From a virus: 40,342 bases of DNA. Under the pieces are notes generated by a model. That model had not been told where the DNA came from. It searched no databases and saw only the letters and a list, made by a program, of their open reading frames with translations. The DNA is taken from IMG/VR virus record IMGVR_UViG_3300028815_000121. One strand, written 5' to 3'. The translations under genes were made by a program, and so were the position numbers. Below are positions 34,086 to 40,342 of this stretch, piece by piece (position 1 is the stretch's first letter; every line of letters begins with the position of its first letter).

Positions 34086-34442
34086 ATGTTATACCTGTTT
34101 AAAATTTGGTTTGTTGCTAATATAGTTATCTTTATAGTTCTATCTATTACAGCTATAAGTGAAAAGTTAGAAACTCGTGGAATAACATGTTTACTTTTAT
34201 CTTTAGTTGATGCTTTAATGTATGGGAATATTTTATATTTTTATTCAGGAATACCTGTACCATTAAATATAGTGTTATTTATTCTTTGTATAATTTATTT
34301 GGTAGTTTCAGTATTTTTTTCTATATTTATAATAGCAGATGCCTTTACAACATGGCTTGATGCTGATAACTATTTTCCACTTATATTAAATATAGCAAGA
34401 TGTATTGTATTATTATTAACAACTATTCATATTTCCCTATAG
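34086..34442 (+). CDS. polytopic small membrane protein (3-4 TM)
   Basis: Almost entirely hydrophobic: IVIFIVLSITAI, ITCLLLSLVDALMYGNILYFY, LNIVLFILCIIYLVVSVFFSIFII, IVLLLTTIHI. Confidence 0.45.
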   Translation: MLYLFKIWFVANIVIFIVLSITAISEKLETRGITCLLLSLVDALMYGNILYFYSGIPVPLNIVLFILCIIYLVVSVFFSIFIIADAFTTWLDADNYFPLILNIARCIVLLLTTIHISL

Positions 34443-34451
34443 GAGGTTATT

Positions 34452-35015
34452 ATGAAAAATTTATTTAACTCAATTATTGCATTTTTTATTGGTTTTTTTA
34501 CTAAAACTAAGAAGGTTGACTTGGTTGAAATTAGGGGAGCTATCCAGGAAGCTCTTCATGATCTTATTTTTGATAGTGGGGAACTTCATGAAACTTTTTA
34601 TAATAATATTAAATCTGTTTTGTGGACGTATGATTATCACTATGATTGGGAAATGAAAATTTTTTCTCAAGACAATAATATGATTCATTTGGGTATATTC
34701 CTTAAAGAAAGTAAAAATGGGGAGTATATTTTGAATGATATCTTTATTTTATCTTCATTATCAGACAGAGAAAAAGCAGAAAAAATACTTGAAGCTGAAG
34801 GTTTCAATAAGATTACCAGATCCAGGAGTCCTATTGTATTCTCTGGTAAAGGTCTCGATTATTATAAGAATGGAACCCTATTTGCTGTGGTTGATAACTC
34901 TGGTATGTTTGTAGAGTGGGATGACTCAAAAGAGCACTCTTTTATTCTTCAGTCCTATAAGTATAATGATGAGAGAAAAGCCAAGAGCAATAAGAGTCAG
35001 ACAAAGGGAATCTAA
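34452..35015 (+). CDS. hypothetical protein with hydrophobic N-terminus
   Basis: AGGAGGTTATTATG SD-start; LFNSIIAFFIGFFT. Confidence 0.45.
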   Translation: MKNLFNSIIAFFIGFFTKTKKVDLVEIRGAIQEALHDLIFDSGELHETFYNNIKSVLWTYDYHYDWEMKIFSQDNNMIHLGIFLKESKNGEYILNDIFILSSLSDREKAEKILEAEGFNKITRSRSPIVFSGKGLDYYKNGTLFAVVDNSGMFVEWDDSKEHSFILQSYKYNDERKAKSNKSQTKGI

Positions 35016-35212
35016 TGCTTATTGAATTGACCTGGAAAGATTATATTAGGTATTCTATTATGACTATAGGTCTGGAAATAATTTTCTTCATGGAGTTCAT
35101 GACAGATATCCTTGAGAAATATTTTCCACATACTTATATAAGATATGAGAGATATATGAAAGAGGTGGATAGAAAGCACCATGAGAAAAGCAGAACCAAA
35201 GCTATTAAGTAA
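35015..35212 (+). CDS. candidate small protein (65 aa)
   Basis: ATG overlapping upstream stop; overlaps next ORF by 32 nt. Confidence 0.3.
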   Translation: MLIELTWKDYIRYSIMTIGLEIIFFMEFMTDILEKYFPHTYIRYERYMKEVDRKHHEKSRTKAIK

Positions 35213-35876
35213 ATTTATTGAAGAGTGTATAAAAATCCTCATGAGAAGTGGGGACATGCCTGTAGCAGTATTAGACCCTGATGGTTGGGGATACTTTGCT
35301 CATGCTTACCCTGTGCCTGAAGAATGGTATATTAATGGGGGATATTATGTAGCCCTTGAGGGTGGATATCCTTATGATTTTAAGCATTCAAAGGTTTATG
35401 ATGAAGGTGGTCTGGGGCATAAAAATCCTGCTGTAGAACATGATCTTGTTTGTAAGATTTACACTAATTATCCTGCTGGGACTGAGGGAACTTTTGAAGG
35501 AAGAGCTATTATGGATGTTGCCAGGGAACATGATCGTGCAGAGGTAGAATATTACAGACAAATTTTAAGTAAGGAAACAGGGTATATAAAAATACCTATA
35601 TCTAAGAGGGAGTTAGCTGATCTTGTCCAGTTAGAGAGAAAGTATTATAATGGGGATACTTGGAGATTGAAACAACATAATAAAATTTGTGGCCCCCGAT
35701 ATGAGAAAGATAAATTAGCCCTTTGGACTAAAGACCTCATAGATATCTTAGGATCTAAAATTATAGTTGACAATGCTATACCTCTTTTTATGGAATTAGT
35801 TATTGAAGAAGATACTTTAGATGATGGATTATTTTTGAGAGTTCAAGTTAGAGGGTTAGATAATGAACAAGATTAA
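35181..35876 (+). CDS. hypothetical protein
   Basis: Long ORF with protein-like composition; no motif. Confidence 0.45.
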   Translation: MRKAEPKLLSKFIEECIKILMRSGDMPVAVLDPDGWGYFAHAYPVPEEWYINGGYYVALEGGYPYDFKHSKVYDEGGLGHKNPAVEHDLVCKIYTNYPAGTEGTFEGRAIMDVAREHDRAEVEYYRQILSKETGYIKIPISKRELADLVQLERKYYNGDTWRLKQHNKICGPRYEKDKLALWTKDLIDILGSKIIVDNAIPLFMELVIEEDTLDDGLFLRVQVRGLDNEQD

Positions 35877-36282
35877 TGCTCTTAAGGAATTAGAAGATAT
35901 TTATCAAGAAGGCCAAGATCCTTATTTTGATGGATATCTACAGGAACCTTTAAATATGTCTACATATCATTTGGTAAAAAATTTTATTATGTACACTCTT
36001 CCAGGAGATTTACCTGATCCAGATATTTCTATAGAACCTAATGGGACAATAGATTTAGAATGGTATTGTGAATCCACTCGTGATTTTGTGTGCTTATGTA
36101 TGTTTCATACTATGGTTGATGAATACCCATATAAAATCAGTATTTTTTATAGGTTGGATGATGTATATAACACTATAATATTTGATCTTAATGAACCTTA
36201 TCCAGTTTGTTTGATGTGGAAATCAATGAAACATTTGATAGACCATTTAACTGCTCTTGTAAATGATCTTTTTGGGAGTTAG
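35863..36282 (+). CDS. hypothetical protein
   Basis: Overlaps upstream gene by 14 nt. Confidence 0.45.
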   Translation: MNKINALKELEDIYQEGQDPYFDGYLQEPLNMSTYHLVKNFIMYTLPGDLPDPDISIEPNGTIDLEWYCESTRDFVCLCMFHTMVDEYPYKISIFYRLDDVYNTIIFDLNEPYPVCLMWKSMKHLIDHLTALVNDLFGS

Positions 36283-36294
36283 GGGGAAATAATT

Positions 36295-36495
36295 ATGTCA
36301 AACACTACGTTTCAAGTTAAATGTGATAAATGTGGTCAGCCCTGGTTGGTCACTATGTATGAAGAGACTATTATTGATAGATGTCCTTGCTGCTCGGCTT
36401 TATATGAGTTTATAGTAAAGATTGAGAAAACAAAAATCTCAGAAAAGTGTGATGATAAAGTTTGGGAGAAATTTATTGAAGAAAATCAGGATTAA
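36295..36495 (+). CDS. small zinc-ribbon protein
   Basis: CDKCGQPW...CPCCSA; GGGGGAAATAATTATG SD-start. Confidence 0.45.
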   Translation: MSNTTFQVKCDKCGQPWLVTMYEETIIDRCPCCSALYEFIVKIEKTKISEKCDDKVWEKFIEENQD

Positions 36496-36517
36496 TGCCG
36501 ATAAGTAAATAGGGAGG
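36477..36517 (+). promoter_or_regulatory. bipartite conserved upstream element, copy 4 (TGAAG half lies in the 3' end of the preceding ORF)
   Basis: TGAAG-N14-TGCCGATAAGTAAATAGGGAGG, 5 nt before ATG 36523. Confidence 0.55.
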
Positions 36518-36522
36518 AAATT

Positions 36523-37956
36523 ATGAAACTTGAACTTACAGATCAAACCAAACAATTTACCAAGGCTATCAGTCTTATTGAAAATCTTCATGCTGATGGG
36601 TATGAAGCTTTTATTGTTGGTGGTGCTGTAAGGGATATGCTTCTGGGACTCAAACCTTATGATGTGGATATTGTCACCAATGCATCTTACAATGATATGG
36701 AACTTGTATTTGAGAATCATAAGATTGTTGAAGTTGGACGAAATTTTGGGGTTATGATTGTTGATGGAGTGGAAGTTGCTACCTATAGAAAAGATATTTC
36801 AAAAGGAAAGAGACCCAAAGACGATGAAGTAGTTTTTGTAAAAGACCTCTTTGCTGATACAGCACGAAGGGATTTTACTATTAACTCTATGGCTTATGAC
36901 ATTCTATCTGGGGAGCTTATTGATTATCATAATGGTAGGAAGGATCTTGAAAATAGAATTATCCGATTCGTGGGAGATCCTATGGAACGAATTTGGGAAG
37001 ATCCTAACAGGATGATCAGAGCTTGCCGATTTGTAGCAAAAATTGATGGTACATTTGATGAGGATACCGTTATTGCAATTATTAAATCTGTGGATAAAGA
37101 GTGGTACAGAATCAGCCAGGAAAGAATTCGTGAAGAGATCATGAAAGCTATGAAAATCAAAAAGGCTTCCAGGTTCTTCTGTAGACTTCATAAATTTGGT
37201 ATGTTGAAAAAGATTTTTCCATCTTTGGTAAAAGGGTATAAGCATCCTCATGGGCCTCATCATATAGAATTTATCTTTGATCATAATATGATGGCTGGGG
37301 ATTATGTGAGTCCTAAATACCCACTGATTAAATTGACAGCTTATCTACATGATGCTGGGAAACCTGCTGCTTCAAAAATTAACCCAAGGACTAACGATCT
37401 ATTTTTTACTGGTCATGCAGGAAAAGGGGCTGATATTGTAGCAGAGGAGTTGAAGAATTTAACTTTTTCTAATGATGATATCCATTTTATTACTACACTT
37501 ATTAGGTATCATATGAGAAATGCTATAAACGCAACTCCAAAGTCCATTAGAAGGTTTCTTAGGATTATGGCTGATGAAGATTTTAAGTATACTGATTTTC
37601 TTAGACTTAGATGTGCTGATAAGGCTGGAAATCTTGGTACTCGTCCATATACTCTTCCTGAAATTAGAAAGATGGTAAATAAGTTTGAAACACAATTGGC
37701 TTATACAGGGCCTCAACATCCTTTGGCTGATCTTGCTGTTAATGGTCATGATGTTATGGAGGCAGCAGGTATTACTCCTGGGCCTTTGGTCGGGAAGATC
37801 TTGAATCAACTTATGTTTATTGTTACTGATGACCCTGAGAAGAATAATAAGGAAACCCTTATAGAAGCTGTTAAGACATTGACAAGTTTGCATAATGGAG
37901 AAGATTTTTATCTTAAGGAAGAGGAGCAAGAAAATAACTCTTTTGAGGGAGAATAA
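36523..37956 (+). CDS. cca: CCA-adding tRNA nucleotidyltransferase / poly(A) polymerase family with HD domain
   Basis: Head-domain signature FIVGGAVRDMLLGLKPYDVDIVT (GGxVRD...DxD), RDFTINSMAY, ERIWEDPNRMIRACRF. C-terminal HD region YLHDAGKP / GHAGKGADIV. Confidence 0.8.
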   Translation: MKLELTDQTKQFTKAISLIENLHADGYEAFIVGGAVRDMLLGLKPYDVDIVTNASYNDMELVFENHKIVEVGRNFGVMIVDGVEVATYRKDISKGKRPKDDEVVFVKDLFADTARRDFTINSMAYDILSGELIDYHNGRKDLENRIIRFVGDPMERIWEDPNRMIRACRFVAKIDGTFDEDTVIAIIKSVDKEWYRISQERIREEIMKAMKIKKASRFFCRLHKFGMLKKIFPSLVKGYKHPHGPHHIEFIFDHNMMAGDYVSPKYPLIKLTAYLHDAGKPAASKINPRTNDLFFTGHAGKGADIVAEELKNLTFSNDDIHFITTLIRYHMRNAINATPKSIRRFLRIMADEDFKYTDFLRLRCADKAGNLGTRPYTLPEIRKMVNKFETQLAYTGPQHPLADLAVNGHDVMEAAGITPGPLVGKILNQLMFIVTDDPEKNNKETLIEAVKTLTSLHNGEDFYLKEEEQENNSFEGE

Positions 37957-37971
37957 ATAGGAGAAAAAGTC

Positions 37972-38250
37972 ATGAAATCTATTAAAGGTGTGAGTTCAGA
38001 ATATAAAAAAATCATTGAAACTTTGAAAGGTCTTGGTTTTGAAGAGTTTCAAGGTTATCCGTGGAAATTATATCATCCAGATCTTCCAAATGATGAAAAT
38101 CTTGTAATTGATGTTAGTGCTGCTCATCCTGATCGACTTGTTTATATTATGTTTAAAATTTTCAAAAAGTATGGCAAGAATGAACTGAGAAAAGATATCA
38201 GTAATCTTCTTACTGTTAATACTGATCCACCTTGGATGAAGGGAGACTAA
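37972..38250 (+). CDS. hypothetical protein
   Basis: GGAGAAAAAGTCATG SD-start. Confidence 0.45.
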   Translation: MKSIKGVSSEYKKIIETLKGLGFEEFQGYPWKLYHPDLPNDENLVIDVSAAHPDRLVYIMFKIFKKYGKNELRKDISNLLTVNTDPPWMKGD

Positions 38251-38486
38251 TGGAAGAAGTTTATACATGTCCAGAATGTGGATGTCAAGCATGGATTATC
38301 CATCAGGATCATATTGTGTGTGGGGGTTGTGGAAAAAAATATAATCATTCCGTATGGCTTACTCCTGAAAAATCTCCAATGTTTATGATGCTGGATTTGC
38401 CATTTCATTTTAATAAAAAGGCAAAGGATATAAATAAAGTAGAAAAAATTACAGACTATGGAGGTCATGATTTAACACCAGCATAA
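38250..38486 (+). CDS. hypothetical zinc-ribbon protein
   Basis: Start moved to ATG 38250 (TAATG overlap, AAGGGAGA SD); CPECGC...CGGCGKKY. Confidence 0.45.
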   Translation: MEEVYTCPECGCQAWIIHQDHIVCGGCGKKYNHSVWLTPEKSPMFMMLDLPFHFNKKAKDINKVEKITDYGGHDLTPA

Positions 38487-38496
38487 GGAGGATATT

Positions 38497-38898
38497 GTGA
38501 AACTTAAAGAGATTTGGAGTAATATGGATACCCGAAGGTGTCTAATTTTTGTTATTATAGCTTATATGGTAGCACTTATCTTAGTTACAGTAATAAGTAT
38601 ATTAACTCCTGGATGTACTCCTATACATCGTGGACTTATTGTATATAAAGGTTATAATCCTCCTACAAGAGTTGAAGACCAACTTGTTAAGTCTGAGGGA
38701 AATCATTTTTTTATACTTAAAGAGGAAGATACAAATAATGTCTGGAAAGTAGATGTTCCAGAAGAAATTTTTGGGGAATACCAAAAATATGAAATGTACA
38801 CTTTCTCAAAAGGTGACAAGGATGTAGCTTGGTTATATCATTTAATTATTATGGAATCATATGGAGGAGGTAGAAATGACATTACAGGAAAGGATTAA
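38497..38898 (+). CDS. membrane-anchored hypothetical protein
   Basis: GTG after TAAGGAGGATATT; TM CLIFVIIAYMVALILVTVISIL. Confidence 0.45.
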   Translation: MKLKEIWSNMDTRRCLIFVIIAYMVALILVTVISILTPGCTPIHRGLIVYKGYNPPTRVEDQLVKSEGNHFFILKEEDTNNVWKVDVPEEIFGEYQKYEMYTFSKGDKDVAWLYHLIIMESYGGGRNDITGKD

Positions 38899-39274
38899 TG
38901 AGGATTTCAAAGAGGCTTTAAAGTCAGGGGAGAAAAAATTAATCAGTGATATGAAGGTTATTGTTGGAGAGATCCAAAGACTTCCGAACAAGAAAGCTAC
39001 AGATGATGAAGTTTCCAGGGTACTCCGTAAACTTATGAAAGGTGAAGAAGAAAACCTAAAACTTCTAAATATTGTTGATGCTGATTTTGTTGCTACTCTG
39101 AGTAGATATCTGCCAGAACCAACTACAGAAGATGAAATTGAACAATGGATTAAAAATAATATTAACTTTGGGGAACTTAGAAATAAGATGCAAGCTATAA
39201 AATATGTCCTGGGGTATTTTGGAGCCAGGGCCGATGGAAACATGGTGAAAAAGGTTTTATTAGAGAGGTTCTAA
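38876..39274 (+). CDS. YqeY / GatB-C-terminal-domain-like protein
   Basis: Start at ATG 38876 after GGAGGAGG. MTLQERINEDFKEALKSGEK matches YqeY MSLKERLTEDMKAAMKAKDK; C-terminal ...GELRNKMQAIKYVLGYFGARADGNMVKKVLLERF matches ...MGKVMKALMPKVKGRADGKLVSEIVKKLL. Confidence 0.65.
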   Translation: MTLQERINEDFKEALKSGEKKLISDMKVIVGEIQRLPNKKATDDEVSRVLRKLMKGEEENLKLLNIVDADFVATLSRYLPEPTTEDEIEQWIKNNINFGELRNKMQAIKYVLGYFGARADGNMVKKVLLERF

Positions 39275-39275
39275 T

Positions 39276-39590
39276 ATGAAGTATGATTCTATATTCTGGT
39301 GGTTTATGTTTAAAGATCTTTTATATCGTTCTTTTCTTAAAACAAAAACTGCTCTTGAAGAGATGACTAAAGATGAACTCAGAGAGAAATATATTGAAGT
39401 ATTTGGTGGACTCGATGAACTCTATATAAATGATAGGGATTATATATTCCATAGAATAATGTCATCCCATTTTGATCAGTATCATAATCTTTTACGTTCT
39501 ATGAATACTGAGGAATTAAAAACGGCTTATAAGGAGATAGTTGGGGAAGATCCTGAAGCAAAATTCTCAAAACAATTTTGTGGAGGGTGA
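39276..39590 (+). CDS. hypothetical protein
   Basis: TAATATG coupling. Confidence 0.45.
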   Translation: MKYDSIFWWFMFKDLLYRSFLKTKTALEEMTKDELREKYIEVFGGLDELYINDRDYIFHRIMSSHFDQYHNLLRSMNTEELKTAYKEIVGEDPEAKFSKQFCGG

Positions 39591-39623
39591 AGTCATTAAA
39601 TATCTTCCAGTTGGAGGAAAAAA

Positions 39624-40322
39624 GTGGATAATGAGAGTAATTTTGGGGAACTTGTAGTAAAGAGCTTAAGAAAGCTTGGTTTTGAAACATGGCAAGAAGT
39701 TTCTTTTCATGGATCATCCATAGATATTGTAGGAAAGATAAACAATATTTATTGTATTTTTGAATTAAAGATGACTCTAAATGATGGTGTTTTAGAACAG
39801 GTACATAGAACTATACATTATGGTGATTATAGTTGTATTATTATCCCGTGGAGAAAAAAATATCATATTAATAAGGTAAAAAGTCTATTTTTAAACTATT
39901 ATGGGATTGGACTTATAGAGATAAAAAATGAGGCAAAGACCTTAGAATGTTTTAGGGAACCTTCTGAATGGGGTATGGCCTTAAACCTGTTTGAGGGAAA
40001 GGATACAATCAAGTTTATCAATTGGAATTTTGCTATTGTTAAACAACCAAAAAAGAAGGATAAAAGCGTTTCTATAGAAGAGTTTTTATTTGATGACCAA
40101 AAAGATTGTGTAGCTGGATCAACTTCGGGGACTGTTATGACTCCCTTCAAAAGAAGCTGCAATTTGATATATGAGTATCTACAGGAGAACCCTGGGGCCT
40201 CTAAGAAAGAGGTTTGGAATACTCTAAATGGTTTTTTACATTGGAGTTCATATGCTTCAATGTGTGCCAGTTTTAGAAACTATTCACATGTTGACGAGAT
40301 TAAAAGGATAAAGTGGAAATGA
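39624..40322 (+). CDS. hypothetical protein, possible PD-(D/E)xK nuclease-fold N-domain
   Basis: GTG after GGAGGAAAAAA; SIDIVGK...IFELKMT resembles the D...(D/E)xK core. Confidence 0.4.
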   Translation: MDNESNFGELVVKSLRKLGFETWQEVSFHGSSIDIVGKINNIYCIFELKMTLNDGVLEQVHRTIHYGDYSCIIIPWRKKYHINKVKSLFLNYYGIGLIEIKNEAKTLECFREPSEWGMALNLFEGKDTIKFINWNFAIVKQPKKKDKSVSIEEFLFDDQKDCVAGSTSGTVMTPFKRSCNLIYEYLQENPGASKKEVWNTLNGFLHWSSYASMCASFRNYSHVDEIKRIKWK

Positions 40323-40342
40323 AACATACTGAAGAAATATTA
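40320..40342 (+). CDS. 5' end of next gene (partial, runs off window)
   Basis: ATGA overlap with upstream stop; MKHTEEIL... Confidence 0.25.

Noticed and set aside
307-40162. All other minus-strand ORFs in the track (e.g. 307-597, 5401-5589, 14620-14928, 36904-37284, 37459-37929, 38857-39243)
   Set aside because: Each is fully embedded antisense in a well-supported + strand gene, lacks an SD, and has skewed I/L/F/S composition. Uniform + strand transcription is the simpler reading.
1-40342. tRNA/rRNA genes, CRISPR arrays, integrase/att sites, IS elements
   Set aside because: Every intergenic gap is under 130 nt and is AT-rich. No GTTCGAATC-type T-arm or acceptor-stem pattern was seen. There are no regularly spaced direct repeats, and no recombinase or transposase motifs in any ORF.

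Overview
AT-rich window (roughly one-third GC by eye) with about 75 co-directional + strand ORFs and almost no intergenic DNA. ORFs carry strong GGAGG-type Shine-Dalgarno sites and many stop/start overlaps (ATGA, TAATG, TAGTG). This pattern fits the early/middle replication and nucleotide-metabolism arm of a large virulent tailed phage of a low-GC host. The replication toolkit is T4-like: gp32-like SSB, two-subunit topoisomerase II (GyrA-like + GyrB-like), RNase H/FEN, DnaB-like helicase, Zn-ribbon/TOPRIM primase, SF2 and DinG/XPD helicases, RusA. I saw no capsid, tail, terminase or integrase genes, no tRNA or rRNA, and no CRISPR array. Stand-out content: (i) An 816-aa full-length homologue of the eukaryotic major vault protein (MVP repeats, SPFH-like shoulder, cap-helix coiled coil), with its own strong RBS and a clean rho-independent terminator. 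(ii) A cluster that looks like nucleotide/DNA modification: Nudix; a Cst-II/GT42-fold protein with a histone-H1-like Lys tail; an ATP-grasp ligase; a divergent thymidylate-synthase-fold enzyme; an HD hydrolase; a P-loop kinase. (iii) A dispersed RNA end-repair set: Rnl1-type RNA ligase, CCA-adding enzyme, YqeY-like protein, HD + kinase pair, Cys-based DSP-like phosphatase. (iv) CoaD + CoaE. (v) A SAR-type GH24 endolysin. (vi) A precisely spaced bipartite intergenic element TGAAG-N14-TRCCGATA-WRTAAWTARGGAGG found four times immediately upstream of genes. All minus-strand ORFs in the track look spurious.
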